A stretch of DNA of 64,000 bases from Candidatus Nealsonbacteria bacterium (GCA_026396195.1 JAPLXH010000006.1:77784-141783), one strand, 5' to 3'. Positions 1-8,933 are shown, counted from the stretch's first letter. The notes: a model not told the origin generated them from the sequence alone. Numbers and translations are program-made.

Positions 1-3000
1 TTCTAAGGGTACGCCAAAATAATATTTCGCATTCACTTCTAGGTTTGCCTTGTCCTTAGAAATATATTCTTCTTTATCGCTTTTTACACTCACCTCGAAA
101 GCCGCCGGCACATACTCTTCAACATCAAAATAAATATCATAAACACAGTGGTCACTTTCATTGATGCAAACGCGATAGTTTCCCAAGGGAGAATTCAGGG
201 GAAGCATATAATCGGTATCAAAAGTGCCAAAATCATTGATATTCAAATCCTGGCTCAAAACTTCATCATTTCTCGGATTAAAAATTTTAAATTTAATTTT
301 TTTATCCTGATAAATTTCATAATTTCCATCATAACCTATACGATAAATTCCTTTTATGAAAACTTTCTGGTCAGGACGATAAATGGGTTTGTCGGTATAA
401 ATATAGAATTTTTCTGAAGTAAATAATTCGCTAGCCCATTGCAAATTACTCTGATAAGAAGGAATAATCGTGCTGTCTTGGTCTTTTGTAACAACTGCTC
501 CATTTAAATTAGCGAAAGTTTTAGTAAGAGATACTCCTTGCTGGTCGGTAAAATAACTGCTGTTAAATTTAAAATTAGCCCCTTCCGCTGTTTGCTGATA
601 AAGGTCGATTTTAGCCCCAAAAACCGGTTCCAAACTAGAAATTTCCGTTACCCAATAAAGATTATTTATCTGGCTAAGCTGTTCTTCGTTAAGCGGTTTG
701 TTCAATCCATAACTTGAATACTCCGGCATTATTTTCTTTTCAGCCACAGCTAAATTAGTTATGGTTAAATAAGTTTTTTCGTAAACTTTTTTGTAAATTT
801 CTGAATCAGTATTGCTGTCCCAATAACGATATTTATAATTGGGATTAGAAAAAGTTAAGATATAATGGCCAAAAGATTCGTTAAAATAATCTTTAAGGTC
901 GACTTGAAAATAATTTTTAATCCAATATTTCTTTGGCAATTCAATGGTGTCTTGGACTATCTTCTCGCAATTATAGCTCGGGACCGATTGAAACCATGAC
1001 AACCTGTTTTCTAAAAGATTAAGAAGATTAAGGGGCTTTAGTTTGCAAATCTCCAGATTAATATAATCCATGTTTTCAGCCGCATAGGTCAATTTTGTTT
1101 TTGAAAGTGAAGTAACATTATAATCTCTTTGAAGATGATAAAAAGCTAAGTGCTCGTCCGGCATAGAACCTGTTTTAAAGGCGAAGGTCTGATTAATTTT
1201 TTGGCCGAAAACATCTTCTAAATTAATCTCTAAAAAATAATCGGAAAGAGGCATTAATCCGTAACTAATCTGGGTATGAAATTCTCCTTCCCTGCAAGGC
1301 TCTTCTTTATAAATATAATAACCCTCTATTTTCCATGAATCACTCCAGCTTTTTAATTCGTAATCTAAGTTGGATTTGAAATATTTATCATAATCTTCTT
1401 TTAATGGTGGTAAAATCGGAACGTTAGTACAAAAAACAAGTCCGGTTAAAGAAGCTGACCCATCATTATTCGCGGAGGATGTTTTTAAAATTTTAAAATC
1501 GGGATAGGACTTAATTGATGAAAAAATCGGGTCTTTATTGATTACCAGGCCATTAACATTAGTTATTTTTTGAAAATTAATGTTCAATGTCTCTTCCTTG
1601 GAAATTTCATTGGAATTAAAAATCAAATAAATTCTTTTTTTATCCGGAACCTTCTCGCAATCATTAGAATAATTATTCCCATCTTTGCATTTTTCCCCAT
1701 AGCCAATTTCTTTTAATTTCGGAACGGAAATGACGGTTTTGTCTTTATCGATTTCTTCATAAAAACTGACCCATAATTTGCCTTCGGGGTCAAAAAAATC
1801 TGGACTAGCGTATCTTGTTCTTTTTGATTCGGCAGAAATGCCGGCAATAACATCGCTAATATTAAACGCAGTCACGCGATTCTCGTTTAAAATAATATCC
1901 CCTTCTGCAGGATAAGCTTTATTAATTCTCAGCTGATAATTATTTTTGAAATCCCAAAATTTTTCCCGACCGAAAATATCGAATTTATTATAAATCTGAA
2001 TAGTTGAAAGATCTTTTTTTGTTTCTTCTTTCTTTTCGCCCAAATAACTGATTTTTTCTATCTTGGAAATTAGGCCGGCAACAAAGTTTCCCAGGGCTTC
2101 AAACCCCTGATTTTTAACTTGTAAATTATTATTGGAATTATTGTTGTCTGAAGATCCGGGAGCGTACTCAACAATAAAAGGTATTTCTTGATTTGTATTT
2201 AAATTCTTAAGGGATATTTCATTTTTTATTTTCTCCAGATCGACCGGTTGATTAAAATGAATCGAGATGGGTTGATTATAAACAACATTTCCTCCTGTTA
2301 AGTTCAGGTATCTCAGTTTCCTGGTTACAAAATTATTTTCCTTGCCCGCCAAAGACAATCCATCCATTGAAACCATCTCGGGTTTTATCGTTACTTTATA
2401 ATTGGAAGATCTTGTCAATCTTTCTTCCGGAATAAATTGCAAATTTCTTGTGCTTATCCATTTAAAACGGCCCTTGGTCGCGGGAGTTATTTCTATTGGA
2501 ACATCTTTGCCCTCCAAATATCCCAAAGTAGTTAAAGGAACCATAGGCCGGTTAAAAACTATGGTAATTTCGCTTTGTTCGGGAGCTTCCGAATTATTGG
2601 CAGGAAAAACAGCTACAATTTGAGGATCTTCATCGGCTAAAAAATCTGATTTTATGGCTCGAGATTCCGATTCGCTTAAAGTTAATTCAATGGAATAATA
2701 ATGATTAACATCTAATTGTTTTTTTGGTTTAAAAACAATTTCTTTTTCATTATCAGAACTCAACCATTCACCTTCTATTTCAGGGTCGAATTTTGTATTT
2801 TTCTGGGCTAAATTTTTATCTATCGAATAAGGAAGATAAATTGAAATAGGAGCTGATTTGGAAATTTTTTCGTTAACCAAACGATAGCCGGAAATAAAAG
2901 GAGGTTTAGGCATTTGTTTGGTATAAAATTTTTCTCCAAAATAAAAACCGAGGGCTGCGAGCCCCAGTATTAAAATTAAAGGAATGATGGGTTTCGATTT

Positions 3001-3054
3001 TAAAATAAATTTAATTTTATTGGGTTGATTAGAAACGTTGATAGATTGGTCCAT
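1..3054 (-). CDS. alpha-2-macroglobulin family protein, N-terminal ~1018 aa (gene continues past left edge)
   Basis: Absent from the ORF track because it has no stop inside the window. The minus frame is open from the ATG at 3054-3052 down to base 1. It has an N-terminal TM helix (IIPLILILGLAALGFYF). MG-domain signatures FYIYTDKPIYRPDQKVFIKG and FDVEEYVPAAFEVSV...YYFGVPLE are typical of bacterial A2M (YfhM-like). Confidence 0.75.
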   Translation of the reverse strand, partial: MDQSINVSNQPNKIKFILKSKPIIPLILILGLAALGFYFGEKFYTKQMPKPPFISGYRLVNEKISKSAPISIYLPYSIDKNLAQKNTKFDPEIEGEWLSSDNEKEIVFKPKKQLDVNHYYSIELTLSESESRAIKSDFLADEDPQIVAVFPANNSEAPEQSEITIVFNRPMVPLTTLGYLEGKDVPIEITPATKGRFKWISTRNLQFIPEERLTRSSNYKVTIKPEMVSMDGLSLAGKENNFVTRKLRYLNLTGGNVVYNQPISIHFNQPVDLEKIKNEISLKNLNTNQEIPFIVEYAPGSSDNNNSNNNLQVKNQGFEALGNFVAGLISKIEKISYLGEKKEETKKDLSTIQIYNKFDIFGREKFWDFKNNYQLRINKAYPAEGDIILNENRVTAFNISDVIAGISAESKRTRYASPDFFDPEGKLWVSFYEEIDKDKTVISVPKLKEIGYGEKCKDGNNYSNDCEKVPDKKRIYLIFNSNEISKEETLNINFQKITNVNGLVINKDPIFSSIKSYPDFKILKTSSANNDGSASLTGLVFCTNVPILPPLKEDYDKYFKSNLDYELKSWSDSWKIEGYYIYKEEPCREGEFHTQISYGLMPLSDYFLEINLEDVFGQKINQTFAFKTGSMPDEHLAFYHLQRDYNVTSLSKTKLTYAAENMDYINLEICKLKPLNLLNLLENRLSWFQSVPSYNCEKIVQDTIELPKKYWIKNYFQVDLKDYFNESFGHYILTFSNPNYKYRYWDSNTDSEIYKKVYEKTYLTITNLAVAEKKIMPEYSSYGLNKPLNEEQLSQINNLYWVTEISSLEPVFGAKIDLYQQTAEGANFKFNSSYFTDQQGVSLTKTFANLNGAVVTKDQDSTIIPSYQSNLQWASELFTSEKFYIYTDKPIYRPDQKVFIKGIYRIGYDGNYEIYQDKKIKFKIFNPRNDEVLSQDLNINDFGTFDTDYMLPLNSPLGNYRVCINESDHCVYDIYFDVEEYVPAAFEVSVKSDKEEYISKDKANLEVNAKYYFGVPLE

Positions 3055-3114
3055 TTTGATAAAACTCTTATTTATTATTGAATTTCAATAAGAGCAAATT
3101 ATTAGTTTATATAA

Positions 3115-4110
3115 TTATATCAAATATTTTGCTTTGGCAATATTATGTTCTTCAAGGGTACGGCTGAAAATAGTTTGACCGTCAGGAGTAGAAAGATAAT
3201 ACCAATAATCGCTTTCCTTGGGATTTAAAGCCGCTCTTATGCTTTCCAGTCCGGGATTGCAAATTGGACCCTTTGGCAATCCGGCGTATTTATAAGTATT
3301 GTAGGGAGAATCTATTTTAATTTCTTCATATGAAACTTTGCCAGTTTTTGTATTTTTGATATAGGCGATAGCGGCGTCAACCTGAAGGGGCATGTTGATT
3401 TTTATTCTTTTCCATAAAATACCCGACACTATTTCCTTTTCTTCCTCGGTTTTTACTTCTTTCTCCAACAAAGAAGCCATGGTAATTATTTCAAAAATAT
3501 TTTTTTGCTGCGTTTCGATTTTTTCTTTAAAATCTCGGGTAAATTTTTTATCAAAGTTTTTTAAAAAAATTTCAGCTATTTCCTTGTCATTAACCATTGG
3601 ATTCAATAAATAAGTGTCGGGAAACAAAAAACCTTCCAAGGATTCTTCTTCGGGAATCTCGGATAAAAAATCAAAACTATCTTTAAATTCTTTGACTGAA
3701 AATTTTAAAGACATAGTTCTTTCCAGTTTTTCGCTTAACACTTCTTCTATTTGTTTCAAGTTGAATCCTTCGGGTATTGTTATTTCTATTTGAAAGGTTT
3801 GGCCCTTAACAATTTTTTCTAAAATTTGGGGCACGGTCAGCGAAGGATTTAATTTATAAACTCCGGCCTTAATGTCTTTGGCGGTTCCCCTGAATAAAGC
3901 GTAAATTTTAAAATATAAATCGTCTTTAATTAAATTTTCTCTTTCCAGGTTTAAAGCGATTTCTTCCAGGCCTTGGCCCTTTTCAATATCGAAAATTACC
4001 TCTTTTTCGTTTAATGAATTAGGCAAAAAAATACCCCGCCAAACTGCTAAAAATAAAAAACCGCAGGTTACAATCAAAAACATCAAAACTAATAATATTT
4101 TTTTAATCAT
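3115..4110 (-). CDS. mltG: endolytic murein transglycosylase MltG (YceG family)
   Basis: 331 aa with an N-terminal TM helix. YceG-like body with C-terminal YNTYKYAGLPKGPICNPG motif. Confidence 0.85.
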   Translation of the reverse strand: MIKKILLVLMFLIVTCGFLFLAVWRGIFLPNSLNEKEVIFDIEKGQGLEEIALNLERENLIKDDLYFKIYALFRGTAKDIKAGVYKLNPSLTVPQILEKIVKGQTFQIEITIPEGFNLKQIEEVLSEKLERTMSLKFSVKEFKDSFDFLSEIPEEESLEGFLFPDTYLLNPMVNDKEIAEIFLKNFDKKFTRDFKEKIETQQKNIFEIITMASLLEKEVKTEEEKEIVSGILWKRIKINMPLQVDAAIAYIKNTKTGKVSYEEIKIDSPYNTYKYAGLPKGPICNPGLESIRAALNPKESDYWYYLSTPDGQTIFSRTLEEHNIAKAKYLI

Positions 4111-4118
4111 AAATAAGT

Positions 4119-4829
4119 TTATTTTTTCAATAAATTATTTATATAATCTATCATTTCAAGCTGTTCTTCTAAGTTGTTTTCCAGTTCCAAAGCCGTAAAA
4201 TCAGAAAAATAATTTATCGGATATTTTTTAAGATAATCCAGTTCTGAAAAATTTTCCAAAAAATGCCTATCATGCCTGGTTTTTCCTTGGCCGTCGAGAT
4301 GAGTTGTTTTACAGATAGCGCTCACGTGATTACAACCGATATGGCATTTTTCTATTACTTTTATATTATAATTGAACTTTTCATTCTCCAACAATCTGTC
4401 GTTTTCTAAATGAGCAAAATCCAAACAAACGCCTCCGAGTTTTTTAATTTCTTTTTCATTCAATGGCTTGCGGGTATTTTCAATAAAAATAATTTTTCTG
4501 TATTTTGATTTTGAATAATCATGAATAAATGGATGAGATTGATGCTCTGATTGGCTATGGATATTAAAAGCTTTGGCGTTAAAATTATTAATTAAATATT
4601 CAATTTCCTTAAAATCCATGTCTTCTTCCCTTAAGTGAATGAGAGGAATATTTTTAATTCTTATTTTTTTGAGCAATTCGTAGGCCTCTTTTCTTTCGTT
4701 TTTGTCCAAACAGGTCGGAAAAAAACAAAATTCTTTTAAGTGAAGTTCCTTCGCTTCTGTTATTTTTTCCCGCCAATTAGAATAAAGGGGAGAGAATCTT
4801 GTGGTTGTAATTGAGGGTAAAATTTTCAT
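4119..4829 (-). CDS. hypothetical protein, possibly xylose-isomerase-like TIM barrel (AP_endonuc_2-like)
   Basis: 236-aa ORF. GVCLDFAHL and NIHS motifs resemble TIM-barrel sugar-phosphate isomerase/epimerase proteins; the match is weak. Confidence 0.4.
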   Translation of the reverse strand: MKILPSITTTRFSPLYSNWREKITEAKELHLKEFCFFPTCLDKNERKEAYELLKKIRIKNIPLIHLREEDMDFKEIEYLINNFNAKAFNIHSQSEHQSHPFIHDYSKSKYRKIIFIENTRKPLNEKEIKKLGGVCLDFAHLENDRLLENEKFNYNIKVIEKCHIGCNHVSAICKTTHLDGQGKTRHDRHFLENFSELDYLKKYPINYFSDFTALELENNLEEQLEMIDYINNLLKK

Positions 4830-4851
4830 TTTTTATAAAATATATTTTTCC

Positions 4852-4880
4852 ATTATACTTTTTCCCTCCCGAACTAACAA
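4852..4880 (-). promoter_or_regulatory. sigma70-type promoter for the 4829 gene (TTGTTA-17-TATAAT)
   Basis: On the minus strand: TTGTTA (4880-4875), a 17-nt spacer, then TATAAT (4857-4852), about 22 nt upstream of the ATG at 4829. Confidence 0.45.
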
Positions 4881-4991
4881 GTTGAGTCCCCCCAATCTGT
4901 CGGGACGAAATCCCGATTTATCGGGGTAAAAAAGACAAAAACTGCCCGTTACGCTAGGCGGTTTTTAAAGTTTCAGCCCAATGGCTTATTT

Positions 4992-5882
4992 TTAAAATCT
5001 AAGCTTACTTTTGATTAAATGAAAAGGCAAATAATTTTTTACTTGAATTTTAAACACTTTCCTGGCTCTCCTGACGCAGTCAAAAGGAACCCAAAACAAA
5101 AGAAATATAAACAGATAATAAATCCACCATTTAAGAATGAAGTGTTTCAACATCACCAAAAAACATAATAAAAAAACAAATTGGATTAAAATCAAAAAAA
5201 CAAAACTCATTTTCCGGCCGATTCTTGTTGTGGTGTTTTGTGTGTTGCCCAAATCCTGGTCGTAATCAATCACCTGATGGGATAAAAGGGCGTTGCAATT
5301 TATAAGAAAAAACAAAAATCCGACAGATAAAATATAAAAATCAATGATTCCTCCCGCTAGCGTTACTCCGGCTAAAAAGGGAAAAAACCCGCCCATCAAT
5401 CCGTGAGAAATTATATCAGCTCCGGTTTTTTCTTTAAGGCGGACTTTCTTTATGGAATAAAGAGTGGAAGTGATAACGCTCAATACCACAAAAATAAAAC
5501 CTATTAAATTCATATAAGCGGCTAAGGCAAAAGAAAAAAATAACAAAAGCATCATAATAAACAGAGTCCCTCTTTCGGTTACGGAACCTTGGGCCAATGG
5601 GTTTTTATTCGCTTTTATTTTTCTTTCGTGTTTTTTATCAATCTCTACGTCAAAATAATTATTTATAATGTAGGCATAGGCCAAGGTGCAAAACGAAATC
5701 ATCGAAACAATTAAAGCAACCTTCAAAGAATAAGAAACTAAAAAAGTGGCTAAGACCGGAATCCAAAAAAATCCACGAACCCAATCTTTGGGTCGCAACA
5801 TTTGTAAATAATTAAAAATCATTTTTTTATAAAATAAAAACTGATCAAAGTTTTTTCTTAAAGGTTTTTTATTTGATATCAA
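4992..5882 (-). CDS. UbiA-family prenyltransferase (integral membrane)
   Basis: 296 aa, polytopic. First Asp-rich motif NNYFDVEIDKK and second motif VIDYDQD. Confidence 0.75.
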   Translation of the reverse strand: MISNKKPLRKNFDQFLFYKKMIFNYLQMLRPKDWVRGFFWIPVLATFLVSYSLKVALIVSMISFCTLAYAYIINNYFDVEIDKKHERKIKANKNPLAQGSVTERGTLFIMMLLLFFSFALAAYMNLIGFIFVVLSVITSTLYSIKKVRLKEKTGADIISHGLMGGFFPFLAGVTLAGGIIDFYILSVGFLFFLINCNALLSHQVIDYDQDLGNTQNTTTRIGRKMSFVFLILIQFVFLLCFLVMLKHFILKWWIYYLFIFLLFWVPFDCVRRARKVFKIQVKNYLPFHLIKSKLRF

Positions 5883-5890
5883 AAACGCCT

Positions 5891-6025
5891 TTATTTTTCT
5901 TTACATCCGCAAGAACAATCCGACTCGCATTCACAGCAATGGAAGCAAACGCATTCCTCGCAGGAGCATTCATCTTCCGGCTTCTCTATGGGCATGCCAC
6001 ATTTTTTGCATTTTTTTTCGGCCAT
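5891..6025 (-). CDS. 44-aa cysteine-rich small protein (metallothionein-like candidate), below the ORF-track length cutoff
   Basis: Hand translation gives MAEKKCKKCGMPIEKPEDECSCEECVCFHCCECESDCSCGCKEK*. It has 12 Cys in 44 residues in CxxC/CxC/CC arrangements. The stretch is locally GC-richer than its flanks. It lies 20 nt downstream of the 6046 gene and 8 nt upstream of the UbiA start. Confidence 0.5.
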   Translation of the reverse strand: MAEKKCKKCGMPIEKPEDECSCEECVCFHCCECESDCSCGCKEK

Positions 6026-6045
6026 AAATTTTAAATTTAATTTTA

Positions 6046-6432
6046 TTAAACTTGAGAAATGGGTGAAACTTTTTTATCAAATCCTCTTTTTACTGCAAAG
6101 TAATAAATAATCGCTCCAAAAATTCCGGTAAATATCATTAAAATAATCCAAACTGGCTTGCTTTCTATCGGCTTTTTAATGGCATGAATTAGCATCATCA
6201 ACCAAAAAATAAAAGAAATTAATCCTACCGTCAAACTCACTATAAAAAAACCGAGTCCTAAAGCTAAAAAGCCCTTCGCTCCATCACTTAAAAAACTATT
6301 CATTTCATCGCAAGACACCTCTTTACCGTTTACGGTACACGTTTCTTTTATTTGAGCTAAAACAGTATTGCTTATCGTAAGCCCTAAAATAAAAATTAAT
6401 AAAATAATTTTGAATTTATTTATTTTCAACAT
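6046..6432 (-). CDS. membrane protein with PLD_N-type (cardiolipin synthase N-terminal-like) domain
   Basis: 128 aa with a signal/TM segment. The motif FWLMMLIHAIKK...PVWIILMIFTGIFGAIIYYF matches the PLD nuclease N-terminal domain pattern. Confidence 0.55.
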   Translation of the reverse strand: MLKINKFKIILLIFILGLTISNTVLAQIKETCTVNGKEVSCDEMNSFLSDGAKGFLALGLGFFIVSLTVGLISFIFWLMMLIHAIKKPIESKPVWIILMIFTGIFGAIIYYFAVKRGFDKKVSPISQV

Positions 6433-6506
6433 AATAATAATTTATTATTAAAGAAATCGACCGTTTATTTTATTCTACCATAAAATCCCGCCGTTCCTTT
6501 AATTTC

Positions 6507-8360
6507 CTATCTGAATAATCGCAAAGAATTAAAAATTGGGATAAAGTCAGTAAGGAAATTATAAACCGCGGCACCCGGAGGATTAAGAATATGCAAAAAA
6601 ACAAGAGTAAAACCTAATATATTCAATATCCCCCATAATAATAGATTTTGGCGGATAACCTTTATCGTGGCGCGTCCGATCTTTATTAATTCCGGGATTT
6701 GAGAGATATCATCTTTCATCATTGCAATATCAGCGGCCTCTATGGCTGAATCGGAACCTATGGCGCCCATAGCGATTCCAATATCAGCCAAGGCTAAAAC
6801 AGGCGCATCATTAACTCCGTCGCCAACCATTGCCACTTTATATTTTTTATTTGAGTATTTCTTATAATATTCCAGCTTATCCTTCGGTAAAAGATTGGCA
6901 TGAAAAATATCAATTCCTATTTCCTCGGCCACTTTTTGAGCAATGTGCTCGTTATCACCCGTAAGCATCACGGTTTTTTCTATGCCTAATTTTCTCAATT
7001 CTTCCATTGTGTCTTTTGCCCTAGGCCGTAATTCATCAACCAAAGCTATAAACCCAACCAATTTTCTATCATACGCAACAAGAGTAACGTTCAATTTTTT
7101 TAGTGTTGCTTTTTTTACCTCAGAATGCTGTTCTAACGTTATTTTAATTCCCAAATCTTTTAAAAACGATGGCTTGCCTATCGCAATTTGCTTGCTTTTA
7201 TAAACGGATGACATGCCCTTTCCTCCATATTCTTCAAAATTTTCCGATTCATCGATGGAAAAATTTTTCTCTTTTGCATAATTAACAATGGTTTTCGCGA
7301 TGGGATGACTAGAACATGAAGAAGGAATGGCAGCTAATTTTAAAACTTCGTCTTTGGTCTTTTGATTAAAACAAAATATTTCCTCGACTTTCAATTTTCC
7401 TTGCGTTAAAGTGCCGGTTTTGTCAAAAATTATCATTTTTATTTTTGCCAGTCCCTCAAGGTAGTTTCCGCCCTTAATAATCGCACCGTGTTTGGCACTG
7501 TGAATAATGGCCGACATCAATGCTAACGGCGTGGCTATGGCAATATCATCAGCGCAACTCACCAAGAGAACTCCTGCAACTAAATTCATATCTCTTGAAA
7601 ATAAATAAACCAAGAGAGAGCCGGTGAAAGTAAAGAAAATATACCACTTAGCAAATTTGTCAATTAAGGTATAAATCGGCGCCTTATTCACTTGGGATTG
7701 CTCAACCAAGGCAACGATTTTCTCAAAAGTCGTTTCATTACCAACTTTTTCTGTCTTAATAATCAAATGACCGGCAATAATTGTGGTAAAACTTAAAATC
7801 CTATCTCCTTCTTTTTTAAAAACCGGAAGCGATTCCCCTGTTAAAGAAGACTGATCAATTGTAGCTTCGCCTTTTTCAATTATGCCATCAACCGGAATCA
7901 TCTCTCCCAATTTGACAACAATACTATTCCCTTTTCTCACGTCTCCCAGCGGAATTTCCGTTGTTTTTCCATCCTTTATTATCCTCGCTTTTTTTGGCTT
8001 AAGCTTCATTAAACCCTGCAAGGCGGAATGTGATTTAATCTTGACATAGTCAATAAAAATTCTTGCCGAAACAATCATTAGGTTTATAAAAATAACAGCC
8101 AGCCATTCCTTTTCAAATAAAGAAACGAACAAGGCGACGCTTGCCAATAAATCAATGGAAATCTTTCTATTTTTTAAAGATTTAATGGCGCTGAAAAAAA
8201 CCGTTGAAGTGGCAATAATAGAAATAGTAACCAAAACTGATTCATTCCAGAATAAAGAAATTTTAAGTAAATGAAAAAGCAGAGTTCCAACCAAAAGGAA
8301 ACCGAGGAAAAAATCAAAATTCAAAAAATTTTTTGGCTGCCGACTTTCTTCTTCAACCAT
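6507..8360 (-). CDS. heavy-metal-type (P1B) P-type ATPase, no N-terminal metal-binding domain, atypical SCADD transmembrane motif
   Basis: 617 aa with TGES, DKTGTLT phosphorylation site and GDGVNDAP hinge. Four TM helices precede the actuator domain, which is the P1B topology. Where CPC/SPC is expected the sequence is VSCADDIAIATP (nt 7545-7559). Confidence 0.85.
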   Translation of the reverse strand: MVEEESRQPKNFLNFDFFLGFLLVGTLLFHLLKISLFWNESVLVTISIIATSTVFFSAIKSLKNRKISIDLLASVALFVSLFEKEWLAVIFINLMIVSARIFIDYVKIKSHSALQGLMKLKPKKARIIKDGKTTEIPLGDVRKGNSIVVKLGEMIPVDGIIEKGEATIDQSSLTGESLPVFKKEGDRILSFTTIIAGHLIIKTEKVGNETTFEKIVALVEQSQVNKAPIYTLIDKFAKWYIFFTFTGSLLVYLFSRDMNLVAGVLLVSCADDIAIATPLALMSAIIHSAKHGAIIKGGNYLEGLAKIKMIIFDKTGTLTQGKLKVEEIFCFNQKTKDEVLKLAAIPSSCSSHPIAKTIVNYAKEKNFSIDESENFEEYGGKGMSSVYKSKQIAIGKPSFLKDLGIKITLEQHSEVKKATLKKLNVTLVAYDRKLVGFIALVDELRPRAKDTMEELRKLGIEKTVMLTGDNEHIAQKVAEEIGIDIFHANLLPKDKLEYYKKYSNKKYKVAMVGDGVNDAPVLALADIGIAMGAIGSDSAIEAADIAMMKDDISQIPELIKIGRATIKVIRQNLLLWGILNILGFTLVFLHILNPPGAAVYNFLTDFIPIFNSLRLFR

Positions 8361-8543
8361 TTTAGCGATTTTAATTAATTAACAATATCATAACAAAAAA
8401 CCGCCCTTCGATAAATCCTCCGACTCTGAATTATCAGGACCGAAGGGCTCAGGGCGATTTTTGTTTGGTTTGTTGTTATGTAAAGTTTACGCGTCCGTAG
8501 ATTTAACGAAGAACAAATATCAGAACTTATACGGTTGCAATCT

Positions 8544-8618
8544 TTAACGATGCTTTAATTTAAATTTTCTGTGAAGCCTTGCTCGTCTGCCATAATTTTT
8601 ATTTTTATGATTTTTCAT
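8544..8618 (-). CDS. candidate 24-aa highly basic peptide
   Basis: MKNHKNKNYGRRARLHRKFKLKHR*. It is preceded by AAGGAG 8 nt upstream of the ATG, which is unusual here because most genes in this window lack a Shine-Dalgarno sequence. The ORF is very short, so it could arise by chance. Confidence 0.25.
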   Translation of the reverse strand: MKNHKNKNYGRRARLHRKFKLKHR

Positions 8619-8663
8619 AATAAAATTCTCCTTATTATTTTAATTTTTATATTTTCTATCTAG

Positions 8664-8933
8664 CTATGCTTTTTTAATTTTTTGTTTTTCTTCCGGTGTT
8701 AAAGAAGTAAGCCAAAAAATGAACGGCCGACGAAGTTTATCTAAAGGCCAATTTTCACTTTTAAAAAGCATTGCTTTCTCTATTCTAAAACGAGACAGCA
8801 AAGACATGGTAGTCTGCATGTTCGGAGAAGACAATCTGTTATGTTCTGATAAAAATTCTTCTTTTGTGGTTTTCTGAAGCATGACCGCTGAAGACTTTCC
8901 TTTATTTAAAAATCTTTGAAGACTTTGATACAT
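8664..8933 (-). CDS. hypothetical protein
   Basis: 89-aa ORF with no recognisable motif. Confidence 0.4.
   Translation of the reverse strand: MYQSLQRFLNKGKSSAVMLQKTTKEEFLSEHNRLSSPNMQTTMSLLSRFRIEKAMLFKSENWPLDKLRRPFIFWLTSLTPEEKQKIKKA

Noticed and set aside
148-2623. Plus-strand ORFs 148-417 and 2402-2623
   Set aside because: They are antisense to the 1018-codon alpha-2-macroglobulin frame, and their translations are low complexity.
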